NCBI GenBank assembly: GCA_040954595.2
Contig: CM082591.2
Location: forward strand, 4,077,957 to 4,141,956
Source: Balanoglossus misakiensis
Lineage: Eukaryota > Animalia > Hemichordata
DNA length: 64,000 nucleotides
Direction: 5' to 3'
The position numbers and the translations under genes were made by a program. Shown one piece after another: positions 50,601-63,999 of the stretch (positions are counted from its first letter, which is position 1; each line of letters opens with the position of its first letter). The notes under the pieces were generated by a model. It saw only the letters and a list, made by a program, of their open reading frames with translations, had not been told where the DNA came from and did no database searches.

Positions 50601-51363
50601 CTGTAGTAAATGAATTGCGCACTGAATTAGCAAGGCGACTCTTCTTTTTTTCATTTTACACAATATTTCCTGTCCCAAAATGTTGAATTTTGACAACCCT
50701 TTGCCACCGGAAGTACAATGATGTAAGGTCATAAAGGGGTCACGAAAGTGGCCTATTGTACAACCTTTTCGTGCACTTAATCTGCGATGGAGGTTTAGTT
50801 CAGATATGTGCTGTAAATGTTACAAAGTGGCCCATTTCTCCTCCTCCTTTTCTCACAGGAAAGAGACTGGCTGAGCTTGAATTACACTTGGCATTAGCAC
50901 GGGTAGGTTTGGATTTCGTGTATGTTCTTGTATATAAGTGTCAAGCAACCATGCATTCGTAGTTTGGGAAGGGTTTGTGCTTTCCAAGAAGCCTGTCCTG
51001 TGTTCAGCTGTCCAGCGATGTCAACCAATGAACACGTTGCACAGATTCGTCTAGACTCTCTCACAGCCCCTCTCGCCGTCCATGCAGGCTTATGGACTGA
51101 TTGCATGTGCGTCCACCGAGAGGTTAGCTACACAACACCAAACGGTGCCTTCCCTTGCCAAACGGTTGAGGGAGCGTAGCGAACCGTGGGCTGTGAGAGA
51201 GTCTAAGATTCGTCGTGCTCTTTATGTCTTTCAGATATGTCAAAAGTTTATTCTGGAGCCCACAACTGAAGTGGAAGCCAGGATGACAACCCTCAGTTAC
51301 CCGGACAGGCCACTCAACTTGAAATTCATCAACAGGGCAGAGACCAAGAATGTCATTGGTTAG
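47620..51363 (+). CDS. Mitochondrial-clan cytochrome P450 (CYP27-like), paralog C
   Basis: 9 exons: 47620-48053, 48262-48461, 48712-48915, 49198-49367, 49591-49757, 49901-49979, 50243-50399, 50859-50902, 51235-51363. I-helix AGAVDATS, KETIR and heme motif [16 protein letters not shown]. Confidence 0.9.
50516..50748. mobile_element. MITE (same family as 38857-39036)
   Basis: TIRs ctttcatgacccctacatgaccttacatc / gatgtaaggtcataaaggggtcacgaaag. Confidence 0.7.
51052..51205. mobile_element. Mutator-like MITE with perfect 9-bp TSD
   Basis: TIR tagactctctcacagccc / gggctgtgagagagtcta; TSD agattcgtc at 51043-51051 and 51206-51214. Confidence 0.8.
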
Positions 51364-51522
51364 CCAGCACGACCAGGAGACAACATTTTACAAACAGGTC
51401 CGGACCAACTGGTCCTTAACAGTTAACGTTCGTCGTGTGCAGACATTATGAAATGTTTAAATGGAGTCTGACCTTATTTTGCACTTATTTCAGACATGTC
51501 CTCCTTTCCTCCTTATTCTTAG

Positions 51523-51629
51523 ACATGCCATTTTTTCTTGAGACAGCCACTGCGGGTGAAGCCAATGTGGCAACCCTCCTAACGCCAGACGGACCCCTCA
51601 ACTTACGTTTTATCAACAGCACAGGCTAA
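51523..51629 (+). pseudogene. Frameshifted duplicate of the P450 terminal exon
   Basis: Reads LETATAGEANVATLLTPDGPLNLRFINSTG* versus the real LEPTTEVEARMTTLSYPDRPLNLKFINRAE. No in-phase acceptor found. Confidence 0.7.
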
Positions 51630-52303
51630 ATGTGCAGTAAGGTACATGTATCTTGCTAGCAATGTACATGTACGAAGATTTCTGTACATGTATTTTTGTG
51701 TATAAATGAATACAAGTTGACTAACCATTTCACTGTGTTCTGGTTTCCCTTTCTTAGTCTATTTCGAAAATGCTTTAACTATTGATATTTTTTAAAATTT
51801 ATTTGTACGTTTTGAGAAAAAAATGCTGCAAGGGAATAAAACTTGATGTCAATTACTCGTAAACAATAATAAAGGTGTGTTTTATTACATATCATGTTAG
51901 AATTTTAGAGATTTATGGATATCTTATGTAGGCAATAGGTATTATTGCTATCTGCAGTGCTTAGGCCTAATTGTAGACGTTTCAAATATCCTTCTCGAAG
52001 GAATATATACTTTAATAGTGGGAGAAACTTCAACAATTGCACAAAATTGCCATGTTGAAAACTGTGGTTATTTCCTACATCTACAGAGGACACATGTCAA
52101 AATGCTGTGTTTGTTATTAACGAGAAGGTCGTCTGGGGCGAACGTCCTTTTCCGTGACCGAAAGACAGGTCGTTCGCCTGTAAGTAAGCAAACGACCTTG
52201 GGCAGACTAGGTGTGCAAACATGCATATTATCTAGGTCACTTAGACATAATCTACATACGTTCGCAATGTTGTTCAGCGAAAGCGGGGTCACGTCATACT
52301 AAA

Positions 52304-54744
52304 ATGGCGGTCTGCAACGGCCTGGTTCGCCTTCGTTGGCAACAGAACTACAATTTCCTTGGCCATGTTCGGCTCTGGTCGACGGCCGCGTCCGTTGACG
52401 TTGAAGGCAACGCCAAGGCAGTGAAATCGCTTGCTGAAATGCCTGGTGACGATACCGGTTTGTTCCGATCCCTAATCCAAGTAGTCAAGGAGATCTCGTC
52501 TGGGGCTATTCGGAAACCATGGCCAGTGTTAATAAGAAGTCAACAGGAATATGGGAGCATTTGGAGGCGAAGTATGGGGTCCCACATATCAGTCAACATC
52601 ACCGATCCGAAACACCTCGAATTAATTCTGCGGAATGAAGGGAAATACCCAAAGCGAATACAATTGACTCCGTGGATATTGCACAGAGAAGATCGGAAGT
52701 TGAGTCTTGGCGTCCTTCTTCAGTGAGTATAAGCCTTAATCCCATAAACCCAGTTGGCCTGGGCCTTGTGTTAAAGGGTGAGTGTGGTCCCATCTGAAGC
52801 TCCGGGTATGTGTTTCATGCAAATCAATGGCAGGTAGGCGCAAAGTGAACTTAGCTACAAATTACACGACTGCAAACAATGTGGTTGTTACTTTGCAGTA
52901 CAATGTAAACCATGCCAAAGAAATTCATAGTTATTTTTCATCACACTTCTAATTTACTTTGATTCTTTGGCGGGGTCTCCCTGGACAGGTGGAACAATAT
53001 CATCGTGTTTTTATAAACAGAAAAGTCGCACATGCGCAGTTCTGGCGATCCTCCTACTTTAAGAATTCTGTTGTGAGAAACATACTTGGGCTTCTTTTAC
53101 CACTGCTTGGTGCCGTGCAAACTACTTCCAGAAACACACAGAATGTTGTCAAGTCAGTTATTGTCTTGTCGTCAATTTATCAGCAAGTTTATTTTTCCCC
53201 ACTACACTTGCAGGGATGGAGCAGAGTGGCATCGCCACAGGGGTGCTCTCAAAAACCGGATGTTGCGACCGAAGGAAGTTGCGTCATACAGTGACACCGT
53301 CAATGACGTCATCACGGACATGATCAACAAAGTGGTCAGAGCTCGGGATTCCCATGGCAATGACGACATCGTTCCTGATATTGAAAACATAATGTTTAAT
53401 TGGTCCTTGGATTGTGAGTAATAATAGCGGGACGGATATTTTCATCGTGGATAACTTTTAGATTATTATTTCTCGGAAAAAGAAATCAGTGTACACGTAT
53501 TTCTTTAAAATAAATAAATAAAATATGCGCCGGTGTGCATTAGACTTGATGTGCAACTGCAAGTCTTGCTACAGTTTTCGGTGATGTTATATTGACAGCT
53601 AACACATCTAAAATATCAGACATTATACGGAAGGGAAGGATTTAACATTAATGCTATATGTCTATTTTCATCTTATTTGCAGCTGCCTGCGCTGTAGTTC
53701 TGAACAAGAAATTGAATCTTCTCGATGACAAACCGCATACAGAGGCGAAGGCTTTCATCAATGCTGTTCACGACATGTTCAGCACAACGATGCCCCTGTT
53801 CATTGTACCAGCTCGTATTCACAGGAAATTTGGAACGAGATTTTGGAAGAGGCACCAAAGGGCCTGGGATACCATATTCGCAACAGGTAAATTCGCATCC
53901 AGACGAGATGACACCTATTCTTAATTATTTCATAAACAGACGGCCATTTTGCTTTGGGTATAAGAAGCCAAAAGAAATCATTTTGTTTCAGTGACATGGC
54001 GATATTGACTGCCAAAGAGTCACTGAGAGAAATACTGCTATGTTAAATAATGATGGTGGATATTCTTTTATTGGCAGCGAAAAAACTGATCGACGAGAGA
54101 ATGGATTACATCACTAAGAATTTGTCGGATGGCAAAGATATTGACCCAGAAGATGCTGACTTCCTGACTTATACCGTGATCATGGGAAAACTTGAGACAA
54201 AAGAAATTTACGCCAATGCTACGGAACTACTCGTAGCTGCCGTGGACACGGTGAGATAAAACAAAATTATCACTGAATTGGGTAATCTACAATTCTGCAT
54301 CCGATAATCTTATGTCTTGGAGAGGGGGTGATTCAGTATTATGACACAACCAGAACTTCGATTAAGTCTTTCTACTATCCCATTTGAATACATCTGGGTA
54401 TAATATGGCAACATAAAGATGACAGAACGTAGTTACTAGTATTTCACAATAGGTATATATACATGTTCGTGTTTAAAAGTGGGAGGGGCACAATGGACAC
54501 TATTGAGTACTGTATTATTACTTTTACAGACATCAAGTACACTCCTGTGGACTCTTTACAACTTAGGCAAAAATCCAAAAGCCCAACAATTGTTGTACGA
54601 GGAGGTCAAACGGGTCAATCCATCAGGAGCAATTCCAACACATGAACAAATCAGCCAGATGCCGTATATGAAAGCGGTTGTAAAGGAGTCAATGAGGTAA
54701 ATGTTTAACTGTGAACCTGGTGGTGGTGGTGGTGGTGGTGGTGG

Positions 54745-54826
<82 letters not shown>

Positions 54827-56143
54827 GGTGGTGGTAGTGGTTGTTATTAGTAGTAACAGTGGTTGTACTAGCATTAGTATGTTCCATTCGTCATCAACTC
54901 AAAAAAGTCGCCAATATATCCGACTGACTCAACACTGTCTTTTTATACTTAACACATGGTTAGACTATATCCCCCAGCTATAAGTCTTCCTCGCATACTG
55001 GACAAAGATATCACAGTTGGAGGATACAGAATACCAGCCAATGTGAGTAATAAATTAACTATTCGCCTGTAAAGCCACAATTTGGTAAAATGTTCTATCT
55101 TAGCAGAGGCTTGTCTCAGACAGAAAGAAAACAGGACCCCTTTTGGACCTGGCAAGTCTGTGGCGTGATCTCCATTATAGAAAAGTCGTTTTCATAGAAG
55201 AAAGTTTGTTTTCTTTATTATGCACATGAAGTACCAACCACCATGATGTTTTAGTATTTCTTCGGCAAAGTAATCATGTCTGCCATCTATTTTGTGGCAT
55301 ATTTTTTTCAATCTGTGAGTATCATCTTTAGTTTTAAATGCATTTTGTGTGGCCAATTCAGGTTAGTAAATTTGTTAATAACTTTACAGTAAACGATGCC
55401 TTTTTGGCACGAACTGTAGATGGCGCTTTATGCCACCTGGACTGTTTAACTTCAAAGCCTTTGCTCCCTTTTCCCACCAGACTCTTATAATGGGAAATAC
55501 ATGGTTGATGGGTCGAAACTCTGAGAGGTTCCCAAACCCATTGGAATATCGACCAGAAAGATGGCTTCGAACCCCCGGAGAACATTTCTCTGGGTTTAAT
55601 TTTCTTCCCTTTGGGTATGGCCCAAGAATGTGTATTGGTAAGTATAAGACCCATTTCAAGTGGCGACATTTTTCGGCGAGGGGGTGTCAGAGTCCAGGTT
55701 CAAAAGATACATAAAAGTCTGTAGAATAATGACCAGCCGCTGTTTGTACGGGTTTGACCGTGAAATTTGATTTAAATTATGGGAAAATCTTCGAGCTCTT
55801 AGGCGATGTTAATATTATATATTTCTTTTAGGGAAAAGGCTGGCTGAACTGGAAATACACTCGGCACTAGCGAGGGTAAGTATTTTAGGTTCAAAACAAA
55901 ATGGGGAAATGATATCAACAGCTTGATTACGTGAATATACAATAAATGGTCACCTTTGATTTGACCATCATTGGGGTTACAACAAATCAACTTTATAATG
56001 GACTATCGTGTTTCTTTTCTGTATTTATCCAGATAAGTCAGAAATTCGTTGTTGCAGCAACTACTGACGTTGAAGCCAAGGTGTTATCCATCCTATTACC
56101 AGACAGACCACTTAACTTACAGTTTGTTGACAGAACTACCTGA
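52304..56143 (+). CDS. Mitochondrial-clan cytochrome P450 (CYP27-like), paralog D
   Basis: 9 exons: 52304-52722, 53214-53413, 53683-53886, 54078-54250, 54530-54696, 54964-55042, 55481-55637, 55832-55875, 56033-56143. AAVDTTS, KESMR, PERW and [16 protein letters not shown]. Confidence 0.92.
54718..54843. repeat. (GGT)n(GAT)n(GGT)n compound trinucleotide repeat
   Basis: In CYP-D intron 5. Confidence 0.95.
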
Positions 56144-57200
56144 AGTGTGTAGTTCGACGCAATAACCTGCGTGGGTGTAAAAACACACCTGGTGATCACA
56201 GGTGTTCTCTTTCCGCCACCTGTTGTTCGACTTGACAAACTTGGCAGTCACTTTTTTCAAATCTGCCATTAAGACATTTACTCAGCGTGTGTGACTTAGT
56301 CATCAGAACAATCTACTTATATCTTAAAGAATTGGAGCATATGATACTAAGCTGCCGAGACATTTACCTTTATGACTTAGCCATGAAGGCATACTTTTTT
56401 TAAAATTTTGGATATATGCTAACTTCATTTAAGGAACTGTATAATTTTCATTGTATTTTGCAAGAGTACGAATGTTTTATTAAGCTGTTGGTTAACGTTA
56501 AATGTATTCGATAGGAATAATTCAACTGGTACTAGTGTATACTATGATTGGCATTGCATATGCATTTGTTCCACAACACAACTAGTACACTTCCATTGAA
56601 TTATTGAACAAATATACTGGCGTATGATATTAAGCTACCGGGTTCGGGTACATGATGGGAAACAATCGATTAGGAGAAAAGAGACAATTTGTATTAAACC
56701 ATCTTTCAAGGGGGGGGGGGTTCTTTACGTTTTATGTACATTCTGAGGCATTTATGTATAGTACAAGTTGATTAAAAACAAAGTATCTGTTTAGTGACAC
56801 GAAATATCTGCATGTATATATTGCGATACACATACACTTTGTATATCATGCCGTCGCCCCTATAATACGAACTTTAGACTAATACAATATGTATGACGGA
56901 AGCCGTGGCCCCCTGACCCTCTCCACCATCCTAATTTGCGTGACAGCCGGGCTGTGCGCTCTTACCATGGTTACCGGTTTGAGGCGCATCCGATAGACAC
57001 ACACAACTCTAACACGCAGAGCTAACGCCTGGCTGAACTGTCAAGCAGTTTGCTTGGTGAGTATATATGTATAGGTCGTATGATAAGAATACAGGGCGCC
57101 TGTCACTTTGATAATTGTACTCAGAACGCCTATAATTTCTGCCCTGGACAATGCTACTAACAATCATTTTGTGGCAAATCTGCAGTCTCCTACAAGACAG

Positions 57201-60200
57201 ATGACGACGCAGGGGCCTTCTGTATCGACCCCAGGGAGACCATGGTCTCTCTCCTGCTGTTCAAATCCGAAAGTTCTTTGTTTTGTTCTTGGTGTGGTTG
57301 CAGGAACTCTCACTCAAGTAAGGGTAAGTCTTCGCTCTCCAGTATCATATATGAGGCTTTTCTGCATGGAAATGAAAACATTTCCGAAACACAATCAATA
57401 CATGGTACAGCGAAGTATTAACCTGGAAATGTTATAAAAGTAAACACGCAGAGTGTGCCGTGATGTACATTGTATACAAAGTAAGAACCACATTGTTTGC
57501 AATGATGTACATTGTAGCAGTTACACTACAGTGTAACACAAAGTAAGAACCACATTGTTTGCAATGATGTACATTGTAATACAAAGTAGCAACCACGTTA
57601 TTTGCAATGATGTACATTGTAATACAAAGTAACAACCACATTGTTTGCAAAGATGTGCTTGCGCTCCCACAGCAAGCTACGAAGTTCTCGCATTCTACTT
57701 ACATGTACATCTGTGTCTGACTTTATATTCCAGCTTTTGGACTACAAACAGTTGCAATCCATTTATGTTACAACAGAACCGGTTGAAAGCAATGCTACCA
57801 GACAACAGTGGACCGCATTCTTTGGAGGGTCGATGTGGAATCTTGCAGACATTGAAACAACATCAAATCGTCCCGTAAGCGACGGAAAGCCTTTCAGTAT
57901 TTACGAGCAAGATCACGGACCGACGTCGCCACGTACCTCACGGCACGTAAATACTATACAACATGTTTCTCCAGACATTCATATAAATATATATTTATTA
58001 TATTTCCTGAAAAATATTTGCTATCCTCGTTAGTTCGCGTAAGTTCATATGAATTCAATATATATAGCACGAATACAAACTATGATTGCACTGCAGGCGA
58101 TATGGTGACATCTGTCGTAGATTAGGTGCAAATACTTCAATTGATTTCCTGCAGATGTGTCCACACACCACAAAGTGTTTTCTATCATAAGCTTGCATAT
58201 TAATTGGGTGTTAGCACTTGTGATGTTTTTTAAAAATATCAGCGTATATTCAGTTTTATTGCAGTTCTTCTTGGCCCAGGGTGACAATCTAAGGCAATCA
58301 TTCAAAGACACATTTACAGATAATGTAGTTTTGTTACGGACAGATCGCGCGACGACAACATGAAAATATTTGAATAATTTGGACTAATTCTTTTGAAGTG
58401 AGGAGCTTTTGAACAGAAAATTTTGAATGTTAATAATGGGCAGGATTAACAACAGTAATCACCGATTTTTCTAAGTTCCGGACAATGAAAAAAAATTCAA
58501 AGAATATAAGATGATTCCCCGCCACACATACGCAACAGTTTATCGGTTCAGTTTTCAACAGTAGCAAGATTGATCGGGATTTGGATGAGCACGGCACGGG
58601 TGGTTGTGATTACTAGTATAATAGGCATGTGTTAAATGTCATGCTTTTCAGATTGACCTTTCCAGGGAACAGAATGACGTCATCATTCTCTGAGGGGGAA
58701 CTCATCGAGGTGATAATTACCACATTTGACGCCCGAGGGCGTGAATGCACACTTGGAGGAGACTTCTTTCACGCCGTCATGGCCAACAGCAAAATGGGAA
58801 AGTCCACTAGTGGGAGGGTACATGATCACCACAACGGCACATACAGCGTTCGCTTTTACGCCGCGTGGAGTGGGTCGGCTGAGATAACGATAACGCTGGT
58901 GCACCCACGCGAGTTGGTTAATTGGATAGACACTGTCTACCGCTCACGGGAACGACTGGTTGATTGGACAGCAACCTTCACTGACAGGACCCGCTCTGAG
59001 GAAAGCACGTGCTATATTTCGAGAAATTCGAATTATCAGAATAAATGCGTGTATCGCAATGAAAATGCGCTTGGCAGTGTAGCTTTTGTATGTGATAAGC
59101 CTACGAAGTTACCGTGTATAGCACTTCAGCATGTTGGCAGAAAAACCAACTCCCTCGAAATGCACGTAGACGAAGTCCTCTCGGATGACATGAAAATTTT
59201 CTTGAAAAGGTAAAGTATGCGTAAATTTTGAGATTGAATAAATATAGAGTAACAAAGGGCTGGTGCCGTCCTGTCTGTGGCTGCGGGTATGGGTCCCATA
59301 GTCCAGTCAAAATAGGCGCAACTGTTACAATGTACAACATTGCAAACAATGTGGTTGTTACTTTGTATTAAACTATAATGTATCGGCTACATGTACATCA
59401 TTGAAAATAATACGGTCGTTACTTTGTATTACACTGTACCTCGCGGAAAACAATGCTTCGTTACTTTTTATCACATTTCCACGTTAATTTGATGTAACAT
59501 GTATCGGTTTGCAGGGTTTCCCTGAATAGTGGACGGACACACGGTTTGTCTGTAAACAGAATCGTCGTACATGTGCAGTTCGGATGGAAATCTGAACTAA
59601 ATAACAACTTTTTATCATTTGACACTTCATTCTCCATTCAACAGCCCCTACCTTATGACGTCATTATTCGACTGCCCACTGGAAATCATGATTAAAGGTA
59701 ATTCAGATCCGATATCACCATTGAACAATCCATTCAGGCACTGTTAAAATTATACTATACCAATGTACTAGTATATACCATTTCTATATAACAATATGCC
59801 CATTACATATTTTACTACCTGTGCAGCTCACTACGTATTTATTGTTGCAAGCATGAGTGTCCGAAAGAAATCATTGTAAACGTATATTTTCAGACGCTCC
59901 CCGACATCACAGAGATTTCACACGTGACCTCAAGCCTTGCGGAGCAGACCTTCCCATAACGATATCCGATGGTTTCTGGGAGAACAACGCAACTTTGTGG
60001 ACTTCACTTGTGTGCCGGGCACGTCACTGGAGCGCCGACGAAATGCGAGTGTGTCTCAAGGGGAGGACCGTGTATTTTGCCGGTGATTCAACGTCGAGGC
60101 AGCTTCACGATGTCCTGACGGCGGTGTTGAAGCGGAGGTCGCGGCGATCCCTCTTCGAGAGGTCGTGGAGAGACGCTACTTCGAAAATAAGTTCAATTTT

Positions 60201-60675
60201 CTATTTCCTGGCGATAGAGGTCGCTGGCACACCCATCGACTTCTGGAACCAAAAGTTTGAAAGTGACGTCATCGACGGCGTATCACCGCCCCGCTGCAGA
60301 GACGTGGTGGTGGCCAGCCTCACTCACCACTACGCTTCGTGGACACCAGCGGCTTTCCTGGAGCGCCTTCTTCATCTCAGACAAGCCATCGTTCGCCTGG
60401 AGGCGCGTTGTCCTGATGCCGTTGTTGTTATAAAGAGTTCAAACCCCGGTGACCACGTGGATGAAAAATCCTACATTCACAGCAGTGACTGGACTTTGCA
60501 CAATATTAACACTATGACAAGGGCGGCACTGGGAGGGGTGGGGGCTAGTTTTCTAGACGTATACGATATGTCTCTGGCCCATTTTTCGAAAAACACAATT
60601 CACATGCCGCCAGAAGTCATTCGACAAGAAGTCGACTTGCTTCTATCATACATCTGCCCAAATTTTCCGACGTAG
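57201..60675 (+). CDS. NXPE family protein (neurexophilin/PC-esterase domain; type II membrane, Ig-like + SGNH)
   Basis: Exons 57201-57317 (or -57323), 57734-57942, 58652-59209, 59645-59697 and 59894-60675. N-terminal signal anchor, GGDFF.A.M...GRV.DH.NGTYSVRF...W.G, LVHP.E, FAGDSTSRQ, HSSDW and IHMP.EVI.QEVDLLLSYIC. Confidence 0.88.
57460..57655 (-). repeat. ~62-bp satellite family array (with truncated units)
   Basis: Same unit as 9427-9615. Confidence 0.8.
59325..59440 (+). repeat. ~62-bp satellite family, about 2 degenerate units
   Basis: tgttacaatgtacaacattgcaaacaatgtggttgttactttgtatta. Confidence 0.7.
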
Positions 60676-63600
60676 AATGCACGACTTGAAATTACAACTG
60701 TTTTGTAAAACTTTCATTGAGAAGTTAATTTTGTCACCTAGAGTGCCTCATGCATGTTGGAACACGGTATTTCAGAGTGTCTATGTTCCACCAGTTGTCA
60801 AATACTTTTAGTACATACACCTGTTTCAGGAACGCCTATATTGTAACTGACCAATCGGAAGCGTCGAATGACAAGAATGCAAATTGGCCGAAACTGACGA
60901 ATTTGAGTGCTCCATTACCATAGAGAACAATTTATCAATGTTTCATAAGTAGCTGATACTCGACTTTTACATAAGATATGTTTCGTTAGAATGTAAATAT
61001 ATGTATCACCTGAAATGAACTAGAGGTGTACGCTACAAACGTGCGAGGACATACCTTCTACAACAGAACCTGCAACCGTCAACGTTGGTGGCGCTGTCAC
61101 TGTGTCGATTTCATGCATAAACCTTGCTCTATCAACCAATGAAAGACGTGCGCGTTCAGAGAGCTGGTTACTATAGGGAGTGAAAAAGAAAATGTGGTTT
61201 ATACAAAAACAAAAATACAGAAAAACTAGCTTGAAGTGACAGATAGCAATAGTGGCCCAAATACATGGTGTCCCCATATGACCCTTAAACCCGTGATCGA
61301 AAGATCACGTGACAGGGATCCCTCGAAACATATGCGTGTTCCCAACTTTGCGATGATCAAGTAAGAATTTAACAAACAGCGCCAGTCAACTCCAGTAAGA
61401 CACGTGTCCACTACACATCATAAAACTTGAGTTGTCATTTTAATGAAATGTTATCAATAAATATGTGCAAGGTCGCTGTCTTATTTAATATTTATTTACA
61501 TACTTCACCCGCTGATATTAATACGCAGTGAATACTTTGCAGTTGTATTGAGAATACGCATTCGTATATCAAATATTCGCGAACTGTGCAGGCTGCGCTA
61601 CGTTTACTTGAGACGATTTTGTGTATTAAAAGTGACAATATAAGTAAGATGCTGGTATAATTTTTTGTGGTTTCTGAACTACTTTAATGACCCCGGCAGA
61701 ATACACAGCCGATGACGGGGTTATTAGGCGGGGCCTAGCTGTGAGTCTGACAGTGTTGACATTTATCCAAAGGTGTTGTGTTTGGAAGTCGGGATCGAGG
61801 CGCCCACGTTTTATTTCGATACGAAGGTAAGTTATGACCGATCGCATAGCTTTGATGACTTGATATTCGTATTTTCTTGGGGATTCGTAAACCGTAACAC
61901 GCCGTGATCGATATGTACTGTCTGGTGGTATGTCAGTGTGATAATCACTCGACTTAAAATTTACAGTGCAGTAGACGCATGTGCTGTACATAGCGATGAT
62001 CGGTGCCTGTTTTCCGAGTTGCCAGTTCCTAAAATTGCTAGAAACAAAACAAGTACGTTCGGCAATCGACGGAAAGGTGTGATTGGCTAGTTTGTTTACG
62101 AAACTGACACGATCGGTCGATCATGTTCATTTCCAAAGATGGCACCGTCCACACGCGCAAGTGTGTATCAATGCAAACAGCTGATCGGTGCAGCTTAGTA
62201 TTTCCGGTGACCGGCTTAAAACAGCTGCGTGGGGCACCGTCCGACTTACATCCTCCCCAAACCGGCAAATCTTGCCTCTTTGAGCCGCGATTGCGGAAAA
62301 TTAAATGGGCAATATGATCGTCTGGTACAGAACTGACCCGCTAACACAGGCAGCTGCCTGTTTCACCCGAACAAAAGAGTGTAAATAGAGTATTGTGTCC
62401 CGCCTTTGTTATGCTTATGAGGTTTATCACACCACCTTCGCCCTATAAATTTGTCATTGAGGAAATAATAAAATGTTACTCAGCAGGCTGTTTACCCGTT
62501 TCGACTCTTGATAACTTACAAGTAGCCCAAGTCAACAGACCCCATCAAATTGAAAATTGCGACATTCAGGTCAGTGACCGTACATTTAATGAAAATCGCT
62601 GGACAAACTTGGCTTTGGGGTTTAGACACATGGTCAGGTGTGTGTCACACGTGACACCAGATTCATGTAAACACAGTAACAGTTACTGTGTCAGTTATTT
62701 GGAAATTAACCCTTTTGTGACCACACACACTGTGATATACATGCTGAAATATATTTATCGTTCTCTGACAGTTGGACAACTTTATCGGCACCGTTTCAGT
62801 TTAGTATTCCCAAGAACTAGATGGCAAGTGCATATGTACACACTGCATCATTCATTACGCCATCTGTTTCTGAGGAATACTGAATTGAAATCGTGTCAGA
62901 TATATTGTTGTAGCTACACAGACAAAAAAATACAGGGAAAATAGACAAGTGTTGGGGATACATTTCGTGATATGGGATGTTAATCAGAAACAGACAATAA
63001 CCCTTTGACTTTATTATGGTGTATACTTGTGAACACTTTTGACCTTGAAACCCAAGCAACACAAACATAACAGAAATCTGTCAATCTTGAACCTCTTTGA
63101 CAATCCAGTTTTTTGGCATACAAATATGATACAGATTTCATGTCTTCACAGTTTGGATTTTTAAAGAATGATATTTACAGAGTTTGGAGATCAAGGATTG
63201 TCTTAATAACTAGTCCTTACTATGTTCTAGTTTGTTGTTTTCCCTCAAAAAAGTGGTCCCATAGTCTCCTTTATATTACCATGGCATGTGCTTATTCAAT
63301 AAACTGATTTCAAAGCGTAGGATCTCTGGAGGGAATAAAAATATTTGTTGGCTCCAGGTGCTAATAACTTTTGCCATTGTATGCAGATTTTTCTGTTGTG
63401 TTTCAAGGCTGGAGAGGGACACCATCATAACAGCGACTTTTGTTTGGGAATTTTTGTTTAAGAGACAAAAGACAGGGATGGTTGTGACCTTTGAACTATC
63501 TTAGTAACCAGAAAGTGTATTTTGACAGTCATAAAAGGTTGTGTAGAAGACTGATCTGTCCGGATCAGATTTACAATCAACAAAGCCAAAACACCTAGCA

Positions 63601-63828
63601 ACTGCAGAAGGCAAGGTCTGACTGGTTTCCATACCTCAAGCTGACATTTAAAGTAACCTATGAAAGAACCTAGTGGTGTACATGTATCAAGGCTGTCTGT
63701 TCAATTGATTGCCTGCGTTCACAATGTGGTCAGATTGAAGTGAAAAGAAATTTGCCTTGAGGAGTCAGAGACTAAAAATAAACCACTGATGAATTGCCAG
63801 TGCAAGTTCAAGGTCTAGCCAGCAATGT

Positions 63829-63999
63829 CTAGTCTGGGGATTGATTGGGAGAAAGGGAACTTGAGAAGCGTCTGGTGAAATCGGAACGGGTCTGCGTTAA
63901 TTTGTGGAGTGTTTGCTTCCGTCTTGGGAATCTGAGCTGGCGGCATTGTACTGACGTGGTTACAGGAAGACTTAGTGACGTGGGTTTCTCAGGTGCCAA
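63829..63999 (-). CDS. Possible C-terminal end of a gene extending beyond the window
   Basis: Open frame from the window edge, LAPEKPTSLSLP...RRFSSSLSPNQSPD*, followed by AT-richer UTR-like sequence. No domain recognised. Confidence 0.3.
   Translation of the reverse strand: MAPEKPTSLSLPVTTSVQCRQLRFPRRKQTLHKLTQTRSDFTRRFSSSLSPNQSPD

Noticed and set aside
54689-54983. Poly-His/Met/Val/Ile ORFs
   Set aside because: Trinucleotide repeat inside CYP-D intron 5.
61626-63504. Assorted short ORFs at the right end
   Set aside because: No recognisable domains or consistent splice structure; probably UTR, intergenic or repeat sequence.
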